Shown here one piece after another: positions 21,146 through 31,764 of a stretch of DNA of 64,000 nt. Made by a program: the position numbers and the translations under genes. The stretch covers positions 32,001 through 96,000 of the IMG/VR virus record IMGVR_UViG_3300010163_000006; one strand, given 5' to 3'. The DNA is from a virus. Its lineage: Duplodnaviria; Caudoviricetes. Within the stretch, counting starts at the first letter, position 1; every line of letters starts with the position of its first letter. Under the pieces are notes generated by a model. That model saw only the letters and a list, made by a program, of their open reading frames with translations, did not search any database and was not told where the DNA came from.

Positions 21146-21973
21146 TTACGTCGACACTGCCGTCGGTAATGGGCCGAATAACGGTCTTCCATCATTTGTA
21201 TAAAACATCGCAACAACACCATTATTGTCAGATTGTTGCTGTGGTGTTTGTCTAAGAATGGGATTATTCCAATTGAACATTGGAGTCCACTTCCTCGGCG
21301 GCGGTGGATATTGTTGTCTAACATTTTTCACACCACTCGCCATTTCTCCAAGCGTCCTATCAGCCCATTGTAACTCCTTTCCTGGATATGAATTTGGTCT
21401 GATGGGATTTGAATACATTTGTTGCTGTCGAACATTATTAATTGATGAATTTGTGTAATATGATCTCCAATAAGATCCATTACTATTATTCATGTTAGGA
21501 ACATTCATAATCGGTGCCATTGTGGGTATCATCGATGGATACTGCTGAACAGGAATATTGTTCAATGGAACCTGATACTGAATCTGGGGTATCGTCATGA
21601 ATCTTCTGGATGTGTTCTGTTCATATGCATTCATATTCGGTACCGGTGTGTCATAACCCATGTTCATTGTAGGGTATGCAAAATTAGGTGTCCAGAATCT
21701 TCTGCTCTCAGGAACAATGTGCTGCTGCACTGGGGGCATAGGTGCTACTGGATACTGGGGTGTCTGTGGTTGTACCGGAACATATACCGGTGTATTGTTA
21801 CAGTTGTTATTCACTGGCTGATTGTAATAAGGAAGGTTATTGTTGGCATTCGCAAATATCGGGTTGATCAGACCTGATTGATTTGCTTCTTTAGCTTTCA
21901 AAACCGCACTTATAACTTTGATTGCCGATAAACCAACAACAGTAGCAATTCTAATAACGCCAAAAACGTTCAT
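21146..21973 (-). CDS. Low-complexity N/P/Q-rich protein with hydrophobic N-terminus
   Basis: AAGGAGG RBS before MNVFG; two SRRF motifs. Confidence 0.7.
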   Translation of the reverse strand: MNVFGVIRIATVVGLSAIKVISAVLKAKEANQSGLINPIFANANNNLPYYNQPVNNNCNNTPVYVPVQPQTPQYPVAPMPPVQQHIVPESRRFWTPNFAYPTMNMGYDTPVPNMNAYEQNTSRRFMTIPQIQYQVPLNNIPVQQYPSMIPTMAPIMNVPNMNNSNGSYWRSYYTNSSINNVRQQQMYSNPIRPNSYPGKELQWADRTLGEMASGVKNVRQQYPPPPRKWTPMFNWNNPILRQTPQQQSDNNGVVAMFYTNDGRPLFGPLPTAVST

Positions 21974-22143
21974 AAAATTCCTCCTTAATACTATCATTGT
22001 TTACGACAGTTTGTGATGCGCGCATATCACAAATTGTTATTCGTATTTTATGGATATTCGTATGGTCTTTAAATTGGTATATCATACCTCCTTTACGTCA
22101 TAATTATATACGTATCTAAATTTATAATTATAGCTTCATCTCC

Positions 22144-22587
22144 TTACTCTTCGTCTGGTGGTAATTCATCAACGAACAGACGCGTTATTGTTGTTTCCGG
22201 ATTGGGTGTTTCTGTTAACTCCAACAAAGAATTCCCATGTTTGTCAATGGTGAGTGTGACATTTATATTTTCTCCTGATTCAAGAATGAAATCTATCAAT
22301 TCATCCGTACTTTTGTTGAAATGTATATCACACATTTTATCGAAGAACGTTGGTTCATCATAGATAAACGATTGGGCAATGTCCTCGGCTGCTTCATATG
22401 ACAATGCAAAGATATATGCGTTGTCCAAAGAAACATTCTTATTGGTTATCATCAACGCATCATCATCTTTGGGTATGGGTTCCTGGAGAAGTGACATCGC
22501 TGTTAGATATTCTTCGGAAAATAGCTCCACTTCTCTCAGAGCTGAACATCCTTTGGTTGCAACATATAATTTGTATTCCATTAACAT
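22144..22587 (-). CDS. Hypothetical protein
   Basis: 147-aa ORF with AAGGAGG RBS. Confidence 0.65.
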   Translation of the reverse strand: MLMEYKLYVATKGCSALREVELFSEEYLTAMSLLQEPIPKDDDALMITNKNVSLDNAYIFALSYEAAEDIAQSFIYDEPTFFDKMCDIHFNKSTDELIDFILESGENINVTLTIDKHGNSLLELTETPNPETTITRLFVDELPPDEE

Positions 22588-22683
22588 TCCTCCTTAATTT
22601 TAGGCATTGATATGCCCATCTTTCACTGTAAAAATATATTCATATAAAATAAAAAATATTGGAGGGCCACATGGCCCTCCCGT

Positions 22684-23484
22684 TTATTTCATAAGCGTTT
22701 TATACGATGTCTGTATCATTGAAGTCAGAGCTGGAAAATCTTCGGAATTATAACCGAGATAAAGCTGGGCAAACGTCCCTAATGAATCATGTTTGAAGAC
22801 ATTCAATACAGATATTCTTTTCCATTCATCTTTCATTTCATCAAGGAATTTCCATAACCAGCTTCTGTTATATGTGGAAACAACACACTGCATCTGGATA
22901 CCATCTTCATAATCAATCTTTTCTTCGTATATGTCTTGAAATGATCCGGTGTAACATTCAAGGTCAACAGTAATTCCATCATAACCTGTTTTTCTAAAGA
23001 TTTCTGTTCTTGAGAAATCATACGTTGTTTCGGTTTCGAAAGGATTAAATCCCATTCCTTTTCTGAATGAAGCTAAATTAAATCCACCATCATTCTTTTC
23101 TTCAATTAAGAAGATTTCAAGACTCTCCTTTATTTCATCAAGTCCTTGATATAATTCATGGACTCTCGATTTGTACATCGGTGGTGTTACGGTTCGAATG
23201 TAGTTGATTGCTTCAACCAATGATATCCTGATTAACACACATTTGTTACCAAGGTATTTTGACGATTGATGATATGTGCTACGACGCAGATATATGTGCT
23301 CCCACAGCAATCTATACAAGAAGTCCTGTGGATGATCTTTTGGATCATTCATATCAATCGTGATATCAACGAAGAATTTGTTTAGAAGAATATCGTTTGG
23401 AATATCTCTTTTCAGTAATCGTAAAATCATCTCTTTGTTGTATTCATCTATTGACGGAGCTATCTCAATGCTTTTGACTTTCAT
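22684..23484 (-). CDS. Hypothetical protein
   Basis: 266-aa ORF with GGAGG RBS; hairpin 22661-22680 after the stop. Confidence 0.7.
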   Translation of the reverse strand: MKVKSIEIAPSIDEYNKEMILRLLKRDIPNDILLNKFFVDITIDMNDPKDHPQDFLYRLLWEHIYLRRSTYHQSSKYLGNKCVLIRISLVEAINYIRTVTPPMYKSRVHELYQGLDEIKESLEIFLIEEKNDGGFNLASFRKGMGFNPFETETTYDFSRTEIFRKTGYDGITVDLECYTGSFQDIYEEKIDYEDGIQMQCVVSTYNRSWLWKFLDEMKDEWKRISVLNVFKHDSLGTFAQLYLGYNSEDFPALTSMIQTSYKTLMK

Positions 23485-23556
23485 TATTATAAGACCTCCA
23501 TTTAATTAGTTTGAATATTAGTTCACTAAAGTTATTATATAGAAAGGATTGATATT

Positions 23557-25281
23557 ATGGGTACACAATATTTGCTTCCCGGTGTAGGAGCTCAAATGGA
23601 ATCTGGAGATTCAGCTTCTCCCGATCAGGCAGCTCCTTTACTTAGATATTATTCACCAAGATTATTCGGTGCACCTCCTCAATTAACGAATCAATGCGAT
23701 ATGAGAATAATGAGTTCTGATGGAACCAATCCCGGGCCCGTTGGCGACTTCTATCTGTCAAAGATTCTTCAAGATGCAAACATTGCAAATTTTGTTGTTG
23801 GTCGTGCCCGTTTCATAGGCGGTATGAGTTCATGGGCAAACATCATCAGAGAGTGTTATTATTATGGAAAAGCATTATCCAAATACAACATCTTCGGTAC
23901 AGAGGATGAATTAATAAACACTGATAGTATCCGTGACACTCTTACCCGTGAAGCATCAGTCGATGCATACAAAACAGCATATGGGACTCGAGATACAGAA
24001 TCAATGACTTTGACAAAAGACGTCGATAGCGATACTTCTATATTGGAGATTTCGGGCATCATACAAAATGAAAGTTTGTTAAGTTCATTTGGAAACCTTG
24101 GTAAAGCGGGTGCTGGTTTTGTTGCAGCTCTTAAAACATCATTATCTGTACAGCAGCCCTTTTACACTTTTGAAGCAGATTGGTCTACATATATAAACAA
24201 TGTTAAAATGATGATCAATACTGCTGTCATCATGTTAGGATTACAACATGCATGTGTAAGAATCGGTGATGATTATTTACCTATCGGCATGTATTATAAA
24301 GAATCAGCGGAAAAAGATGTTTGGGCAAACTATCGTTTTATAACACCAACATCCGGTCTTGGTGATGTAACTGAAATCGCTACGGAAAATGGTGATACTT
24401 CACAATACGTATCATTCATGATAGATCCAACTGCTGTATCAGAAAGTATAAGTAACAGCTTTGGTCAATCACAAATATACTCGTCGGTAATTAATGCAGG
24501 AGGATCAACAGGTGCTGAAATTGCATTTATAACAAACTCAACCGGTGGTTCCTCATCTGATATGACGATTAACTTAACAAAGAAATCCAAAGAAGCAGCC
24601 GAAGAAGTTTTGAAAAATCTTTCTTCAGGCAATGGTAGATTTACTGCTGCTATCGCATCATCAATGGCTCGTTCATTTGTTGGTGATCATACAATATACC
24701 CAGAAGTTTTCCAAAGTCACTCTGCCACAACATCGATGGCTGTAACTGTTCATTTGACATCTGCTGGGGGAGATGCTTATTCTTATTTAACAGATATTTT
24801 GGTTCCTTTATTCTTTATCTTTGGAATGGCTTTACCAATGCTATCAAACAATAATGCTTCTGCATATTCATATCCTCCGGTAATCCAATGTAATATTCCC
24901 GGATTATGGGGCACTCGTTTAGGCGCAATAGAATCATTGTCTATTTCGAAAAATCCGAGCGGAAAGGATGTGTCAATTAATGGATATCCATTACAGGTCG
25001 ATGTCACCATGAACATTAAAGATTTACAACATGTTCTACTGACATCTCCTATGGATAAACCGGCAGTATTCTTAAACAACCATACAATGTTTGACTATAT
25101 TGCTCAGATATCTGGTGTTGATAAATACAGAGTAAACGGAAGCATGAGAACCATTGCAAGATTGGCATTAACTGCATCTGCTTGTTCACCAGATAACATG
25201 TTACACAACATGGGCGATGCATTACTTAGCGACTGGCATTCATTTGTCAACAACAAAGTTTTCAAGTGGGATCGTCAATGA
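23557..25281 (+). CDS. Probable virion structural protein (tail-tube initiator/baseplate hub-like)
   Basis: 574 aa, S/T/G/A-rich; C-terminal PPVIQC..PG...GAIESLSISK...GYPLQVDVTMNIKDL resembles tube-initiator-type domains. Confidence 0.5.
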   Translation: MGTQYLLPGVGAQMESGDSASPDQAAPLLRYYSPRLFGAPPQLTNQCDMRIMSSDGTNPGPVGDFYLSKILQDANIANFVVGRARFIGGMSSWANIIRECYYYGKALSKYNIFGTEDELINTDSIRDTLTREASVDAYKTAYGTRDTESMTLTKDVDSDTSILEISGIIQNESLLSSFGNLGKAGAGFVAALKTSLSVQQPFYTFEADWSTYINNVKMMINTAVIMLGLQHACVRIGDDYLPIGMYYKESAEKDVWANYRFITPTSGLGDVTEIATENGDTSQYVSFMIDPTAVSESISNSFGQSQIYSSVINAGGSTGAEIAFITNSTGGSSSDMTINLTKKSKEAAEEVLKNLSSGNGRFTAAIASSMARSFVGDHTIYPEVFQSHSATTSMAVTVHLTSAGGDAYSYLTDILVPLFFIFGMALPMLSNNNASAYSYPPVIQCNIPGLWGTRLGAIESLSISKNPSGKDVSINGYPLQVDVTMNIKDLQHVLLTSPMDKPAVFLNNHTMFDYIAQISGVDKYRVNGSMRTIARLALTASACSPDNMLHNMGDALLSDWHSFVNNKVFKWDRQ

Positions 25282-25289
25282 CAAAAAAT

Positions 25290-25317
25290 ATATCGGTGGG
25301 GCAATCCCCACCGATAT
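25290..25317. terminator. Bidirectional terminator between convergent genes
   Basis: 12-bp stem ATATCGGTGGGG/CCCCACCGATAT preceded by an A-tract. Confidence 0.75.
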
Positions 25318-25323
25318 TATCAA

Positions 25324-25872
25324 TCATTCTATCTTACCAAAGAATCTGAGCATGTTGATGCTATACACTATTGGGTCAAATCTTTTCAACATTTCACACA
25401 ACGGTATTGCATCTTCCAATGGTATTGTAACTGAACCCTGTTTCGTATTGATTTTTATCCCTGGGAAACATGCATCTGTTTCATCGTGCCACACTGATGG
25501 ATATGCCGTCATTCCAACGGTTGACAATGCTTTCTCAGTTTGGAATCGTTCGAGAACCCTCGAGTCGATCTCGAATTCTATCTTGTTTACATTTGGAAAT
25601 ATTGTAAACAAGTTTTCCGAAACTAAGGTGATTGCTTTATCCAACAATGTGACGAATGAGTAGTATCTGTTACCCGGAATGAATATCCTTGGTTTATCAA
25701 ATCCCTCAGATATCGATATACCAAACGAAGGATTTATCGAATAACCACCATTTCTTTTTTCCTTGATGGTCTGATACGTTCCTTCTGATTCGAACATGTA
25801 CAGATATAATACCAGCATATTAGGATTGACAGATTCTTTAGATCCCCTGTAAAGCTGTGTATCAACTGTCAT
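25324..25872 (-). CDS. Hypothetical protein
   Basis: 182-aa ORF overlapping the end of the RNAP gene. Confidence 0.7.
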   Translation of the reverse strand: MTVDTQLYRGSKESVNPNMLVLYLYMFESEGTYQTIKEKRNGGYSINPSFGISISEGFDKPRIFIPGNRYYSFVTLLDKAITLVSENLFTIFPNVNKIEFEIDSRVLERFQTEKALSTVGMTAYPSVWHDETDACFPGIKINTKQGSVTIPLEDAIPLCEMLKRFDPIVYSINMLRFFGKIE

Positions 25873-26221
25873 CCTCGGTATTACCTCCTAATTCAGGAAT
25901 GGTATATTCAAAGTTAACATAAGCTGCAGCAACCAGTCTATCCAAGATTCTGTTATAGTCAACAATGTTGTCACAATCAAATGTTATCGCAGATTCAGGA
26001 AACTCTTGGCAGATGAAGTTAAACAAGTCATACTTGATATTGGGATATTTGTTGACATCAGCATCCGATAACATGTGTGGATCTGCCCATGGAGAAATCA
26101 TACCACTCTGCCCAACGTCCTTGGTCGATTCTAACAGATCGACATTACCGATCATTGACGGATGCAACTGTTTATGACCGAAATTGATCTTGTGTTTATC
26201 AACACGGCCAAGTGAGTTTGG
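25862..26221 (-). CDS. Phage multisubunit RNA polymerase beta N-terminal subunit, exon 2
   Basis: PNSLGR...LHPSMIGNVDLLESTKDVGQSGMISP corresponds to the RpoB GPGGL...HxSHYGRxCP..ExxNxG region. Confidence 0.85.
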   Translation of the reverse strand, partial: PNSLGRVDKHKINFGHKQLHPSMIGNVDLLESTKDVGQSGMISPWADPHMLSDADVNKYPNIKYDLFNFICQEFPESAITFDCDNIVDYNRILDRLVAAAYVNFEYTIPELGGNTEDDS

Positions 26222-26607
26222 CTCTTGTGTTCACATGGCTCGCAAATTCCATGCAGTTCTCTTATGAACTTCTTCAGGCTTTCCCTGAATGGACTGACTA
26301 TATCTTGACATGCTTATCATCTCGACAATCATGTACTTTTCGTTTCCACCATCATAAGCTTATGGCGTACTCCCTTCCGGGATAGTCGATGAGACCGTGG
26401 CTATAAATTCATTACAGTCACTTGCCTGCGGATCAAGAATTTATCTTTAACCTTTTTACCATACCGATAGACATTACTCTTCGCCATCATAATGTCACCA
26501 TCATGATTTGGTAGTTAAAGCTTTATCCAACGCCCAAATGAGTCGCCCGTCGTTTATCCAGCACGACGTTTTCCCGCATATATGAAAAGTTAGGCCGCTG
26601 TAAGTTG
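26222..26607 (-). mobile_element. Group I self-splicing intron (386 nt, no ORF) in the RNAP beta subunit gene
   Basis: Exon 1 ends GGU, intron ends in G before CCA (restores RKG-PNSLG); R element UCAUCGACUA and S element AAGAUAUAGUC. Confidence 0.88.
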
Positions 26608-27894
26608 ACCTTTCCTTGTGAAGCGTAGCTGTTGATAATAGTCCAGATCATTCGCAAAATCGGTAACATGAACAGTTCCAAGCTTATACATGTTCCTCAG
26701 TATGAGATCAGGGTGGAATTTGAGAAGAGGTTGAAGTTCTTTCATTTTGATGAGAATTCCGAACTTAAACATTCTTTTCAGTTTATCGGAAACATCCGCA
26801 GTCACGATTGTTGAAATTACCTCATTCAAACGAAGTCTCTTATTCTCATATGAATAGATATTAACATCCGTGAACTCCGTCTGGAGACAGTATCTCAACA
26901 ATGATACCATATTCCGTTTGTCGATTTCGGGTATTGGGAGTACCTGAGCAGAGATTGTGTCAAGCATTCTTGCAACATGCATTTCATGACATGCACCACG
27001 ATGTTCGATTATATTGTCATAATACGACAACTGATATACCCACCATCTTGGATTCGTGAGATCATCGAGTGTTGGTGGTTGATGTTTTCTGATGAGATGC
27101 ATCGCCATTACAAGGATAGATCTGACATAATCAAACTTTTCCAAACCCTTCTTATATCCCTTGATGTAGATATCCTTATCAGGTATTGGTTGGAAGTAAT
27201 CATATTCATCTTTGTCGTCCGAGATATGATCGCAAAATATGAGCAATGGAAAAACCCCAAGGTAACACAACGGCGCCGGTATGTGCATGAAGCACGAAAG
27301 TATCGGTTCCATGGTTGTGAAGATTTTGACCATACCTATTTTTGATGAGTACAGTTTTCCATCGATTGATGTCTCTGAAGCTTCCTCATACTTAATAACT
27401 ATCGGAAGCAAAGACTTCAACGTGATGCTATCTTTACCCGATGGATATAAGAGCTTATCGACAAGCTGATACTCCGAGTATAACACATTCTCAATCAGAT
27501 ACCTTCCATGATCGTCTTCGATCGGAACGTAGATCTTATTGTGAATCACATCTGTTTCAAGATTTTTGTTCTTGTCACGTGCCCCACAATAAATGTCGAA
27601 CTCGAGAATTCCAAGTCTCGAGTTACCTATAACCTTTGTGGATACCTTGTCACCTGTTTCGCGACGACGGTGTTGGATTTCCGCAGCCGCAGGATACGGA
27701 TTCCATTTCCAATTACCGACATGAATGAATGGCATCGTCGAATAATCATCGATCGGATTCATTCCCAAAACATTGATGATTTCAATATCTTGGATTGCTT
27801 TCTGGACGTATTTCCATAATGGTTGGTCAACGCCCAAATCCACTTGAATGTTACTCAGTGGATTGTGTGCCTGTCTGATGAAATAATCAATCAT
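26608..27894 (-). CDS. Phage multisubunit RNA polymerase beta N-terminal subunit, exon 1 (spliced 548 aa; size fits the non-virion RNAP subunit of phiKZ/AR9-type phages)
   Basis: IYVPIEDDHGRYLIENVLYSEYQLVD (RpoB region A/B-like), NKRLRLNE, LRFTRKG. Confidence 0.8.
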
Positions 27895-27999
27895 TGCATT
27901 TCCTCCTGTTCTTTTAATCAGAGTATAGGACAGTTATCCTTTTACTCGCAAAAATAATGTGTATGTCAATTTAAAAATAATAATCATGAGGTGATATAA

Positions 28000-30900
28000 T
28001 TGAATGATAAAACACCTATGGAGTTTTCTCCATTTGTTGGTCCCGACTCTCTCAGGGAAACAACAAGGCTATTGAAAAACCTCTATGATCTCCACACAAA
28101 ACGTTATTGTGGATATGAAGATATAAACGGTTCCCAGTATGTGGGAACCGTTGAAAACTTCGGTTCAGAACAACTGATCGAATCTCGAAAGATTCTTATG
28201 GATAAACCATCTTTGAAAAATATATTTATCGAGAACACCTTCGATTTTTATTTCGATATACAGTATTCTGGTTCTGTTAATACGTACGATCAACAGAACA
28301 TGTTGTCGGCTGTATTGAAAAAGGATGTTTTATTATCCAATGAAACATATCGTATCAGATTCGATAATGTCGAGATATCAAATGTTCCAAGGTCTAAAAG
28401 TTCAAGTGATCCTAATGTCATAAAGGACTACTTCCTCCACACAGAAACGTCGCCCCATTTGGTTATTGAATCAACTGATGGATCGATAGAAGAAAAAGAA
28501 CTCAGGCTTTCTGATAAGGACGGTATTAACGGAGATTACTATTTCCACATCGATCATGAGACGATTGACATGTTTGATGAATCTGAATTGGATGATATAA
28601 TAAACACAAAAACATTCATAACGAAACCTATTACGGATAATATGTACGGAAGAGAATTGGTATGGATTTGTGTTAATGTATTCAAACTGTTACCGAACAT
28701 CGGCTTTGTCAATAATGAATTGAATGGAGTTAAGTTATTTACACTCGGTATGAATGGTCACGATAATATCCTCATGTACCCCCTGATCAACCATAACTGG
28801 GAATCGTTAGATAATCATTACCTTATTAAAGTCATACCAATTGACAGTGATGCTTTTATCGAAACGGGATCCGAGATTAACTTCAATACCAAAGTTGGTG
28901 AGATCCAGATTCTCCACTTTGGAGATAATAAAAATGTTGATCCTCGATGTGAACCCGATTCAATTATAAAAATAACATACGATCAAAAATATTCAAAAAT
29001 CACATTATTCAATTTTGATCAAACTAAAAATCCTGGGTTCTCAACAAATATCCCCTATCGCGGAAAATGGTATTTTAGAAAACCAGTTCAAGGTGATTAT
29101 GATTACGACGGGAAAACATATCACAACAGATGTTATGCATATACTTCACTGAGCAGTTTCTCTATTAATACATCCGATAATCCGATTCTTATTGCTGCTA
29201 TGTCCGTAAAATTCGATGATGCTTTTTTACATGAATACGAAGGTTTGAATGAGAACGCTTGTTCTGGTATTCATATCGATGTAACATCAGATCATTCAGA
29301 TAATGGTGTCTCTAAAAAGAATGGTGTTATCTATTCAATGGGAGAATTCGACGGTTTACCGAAATATTTCAAATACATGATAGACGATACTATCCACAGA
29401 GCTCATGTGGAAGCATATGCAATAAGAGACAAAATTAATGATGTTAACCAGTTACCAAATGAGAAACAAACTGCTGGTATCATTATAGATTCTGCCATTC
29501 CCCAAAATGAAGTTCAAAAAGTAACAGAGAACATGGTTCCGGTAATCTGTTTCGATATGAACAATTTTACTGGTATACATTACAAATACTATCCAGAGAA
29601 AGATGAGGGATTATCGAAATCCAATTACCTTTCAGAAATCTGTTATATTGATGACAATCATATGGGTAACTCAAACATCGTCGAACAAAGCATGTATCCG
29701 AAATTCGTTTATCATGGCAACCGTCATTTCTCACTTGGACTTATGGGTTTTGACCCAGAACTTGAAGTAGGTCGAGTTTATATTATCTCTAATGATAAAG
29801 CTGTTTATGAGAACAATGAAACCACAGACACAACTAAAGCCCCAATAACATTTGCAAGAATATGTGATATACCCACCGACTTTTCTCAATTGGTTAATAA
29901 TAGAGAAACATCACCTACATTGGTAATTGATCCAGAATACGTACGTATGATTGCATCATTTGATACCGATGATAAAGATGCCATGTATAATAGATCATTC
30001 CAGGATAAACTCATTCGGTTTAATGGAATGATAGTATTACATTCTAACAATGGAATGGATGTTGCAATGGTCAACGAAATGAATGAACAATATCCTCAGT
30101 ATATCAGGTTGAATGAAATGATTGATATATCTGATACGGATCATGTTAAATTCGAATTACATTCGAGCGGCGAAGGATATGAACTTGGTGATGAGTTCCT
30201 TTTCTACATCGGTGGTTTATGCATCAAGGGCGTTGTTAATTCCATTGATACTGGGACCGTAAATGGTATAGTATATAAAAATTATGATAATGAAGGTAAT
30301 GTCATCAATACAGAATATCCCATCCTGCAGCATACATTAATTGCAAGGTCTAACTTTGAAAATCGTGTCACCACATATGAAACAAAGACTGTTTCCGGTA
30401 ATGGATTTGGATTAACTGTAATGATTACCATTTCTCCGTCAATATGGGACAATACTGGAATGACAACCAATGGACATCTTGAGGATTGTTTTTATTTTGC
30501 CAAGGATGTCTATGATAACATATGGGCATACACTTATGATGAAACTGCGTCAGAGTTTAATCCTACTGCTCAAATCACCGGATGTGAAATGTTTCCCAAT
30601 GTATATGATCCATCTAACACGCTTGAAGAACGAACGCTTTTAAATACTTTCATGTATAATATGTTAACTCCTATAGACACCGATGTTAGTTCCACACCAG
30701 ACATATCATGCATATTGAGTAATATCCGTAAAGATGAAGAAGATATTATGAGCGATTATGATTTCTCATATAAATTAAATTTAGGAAACTTCAATAACCA
30801 AGATAGCTTGTTCATACTTGATACCGGGTATGAAACTTCCAATTTTCATAATATCATAAGAATTGAATATGGTGGACGTCCTAATGCATCCCATAATCAG

Positions 30901-31764
30901 ATGAAACATCCCGCATATAGTGACTTATCATATTATTCTTATTATAACAAAACGAACAGACTTCTTCATGCATTTGATGATACGCAACCTATGTTATTTA
31001 TATTCGATCCAACATCACCGATCGCCTATTATAATGAAGAGGTAATATGTAAGGATATGGTAGATATTGGAATATATGAACCGCTGTTAATATCTGCTAT
31101 GATGCCAACACTCACTGATATTGTTGATGCATCAGGAACACTCAAGAGAAATATATACATCTCAGATGAGTTCAATACTTCTGACCATGACAAGATGATC
31201 GAAGAGTTAAACGTTTACACACGAGATGGTCTTATCAATTACCTGAAAGAGAACTTCAATGATGCATATCCCTTGCGCTTCGAAAATACAGATTATGCAT
31301 TCTCCAAGGAAATGTTAATCAATTATATAATGAAGAATACATTACGTTGGGGAAGAGCTGCAGGATATACGGATGGTCCTGAATCATTATATCGTCTACC
31401 TGAGATACGTTTATTCAGGAAAAAAGGTGAACAGGTTCAGGATAAGGCAGGACGTCCTATAGGGGATCAGCCCAAGGGTATGTTCAAGTGTATATCAAAT
31501 GAAAAATTTGATAAGAATGTTAATGTTGATAAAGCTTCGCATGAAGCAAGTCCATTATTCATATTCAGATTAGACGTTGATGAAGAGAATATTTCTCTTG
31601 AAGGATTCAGGTTGTATGATGAGATGAATAAAGATATATCTGAAATGTCATTGTTAATAGTTAATGACAAGAAATATGTTTTTCATAATAACAAAGGAGA
31701 AGGAACATTCGGTTGGATATGTTTGAATAAGACTGATAACGAAACGGAGGAGAATAAGGAATGA
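28000..31764 (+). CDS. Large probable virion protein, paralog A
   Basis: 1254 aa; shares VGRVY.SND and ARICDIPT motifs with the next ORF; SGEGYELGD / SGNGFG motifs. Confidence 0.6.
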   Translation: MNDKTPMEFSPFVGPDSLRETTRLLKNLYDLHTKRYCGYEDINGSQYVGTVENFGSEQLIESRKILMDKPSLKNIFIENTFDFYFDIQYSGSVNTYDQQNMLSAVLKKDVLLSNETYRIRFDNVEISNVPRSKSSSDPNVIKDYFLHTETSPHLVIESTDGSIEEKELRLSDKDGINGDYYFHIDHETIDMFDESELDDIINTKTFITKPITDNMYGRELVWICVNVFKLLPNIGFVNNELNGVKLFTLGMNGHDNILMYPLINHNWESLDNHYLIKVIPIDSDAFIETGSEINFNTKVGEIQILHFGDNKNVDPRCEPDSIIKITYDQKYSKITLFNFDQTKNPGFSTNIPYRGKWYFRKPVQGDYDYDGKTYHNRCYAYTSLSSFSINTSDNPILIAAMSVKFDDAFLHEYEGLNENACSGIHIDVTSDHSDNGVSKKNGVIYSMGEFDGLPKYFKYMIDDTIHRAHVEAYAIRDKINDVNQLPNEKQTAGIIIDSAIPQNEVQKVTENMVPVICFDMNNFTGIHYKYYPEKDEGLSKSNYLSEICYIDDNHMGNSNIVEQSMYPKFVYHGNRHFSLGLMGFDPELEVGRVYIISNDKAVYENNETTDTTKAPITFARICDIPTDFSQLVNNRETSPTLVIDPEYVRMIASFDTDDKDAMYNRSFQDKLIRFNGMIVLHSNNGMDVAMVNEMNEQYPQYIRLNEMIDISDTDHVKFELHSSGEGYELGDEFLFYIGGLCIKGVVNSIDTGTVNGIVYKNYDNEGNVINTEYPILQHTLIARSNFENRVTTYETKTVSGNGFGLTVMITISPSIWDNTGMTTNGHLEDCFYFAKDVYDNIWAYTYDETASEFNPTAQITGCEMFPNVYDPSNTLEERTLLNTFMYNMLTPIDTDVSSTPDISCILSNIRKDEEDIMSDYDFSYKLNLGNFNNQDSLFILDTGYETSNFHNIIRIEYGGRPNASHNQMKHPAYSDLSYYSYYNKTNRLLHAFDDTQPMLFIFDPTSPIAYYNEEVICKDMVDIGIYEPLLISAMMPTLTDIVDASGTLKRNIYISDEFNTSDHDKMIEELNVYTRDGLINYLKENFNDAYPLRFENTDYAFSKEMLINYIMKNTLRWGRAAGYTDGPESLYRLPEIRLFRKKGEQVQDKAGRPIGDQPKGMFKCISNEKFDKNVNVDKASHEASPLFIFRLDVDEENISLEGFRLYDEMNKDISEMSLLIVNDKKYVFHNNKGEGTFGWICLNKTDNETEENKE

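Noticed and set aside
21952-22095. Possible 44-aa minus-strand ORF and inverted repeat upstream of the 21973 gene
   Set aside because: The RBS is only 1 nt from the ATG and there is no other support; left uncalled.
25862-26167. 101-aa stand-alone ORF
   Set aside because: Explained as exon 2 of the RNAP beta subunit.
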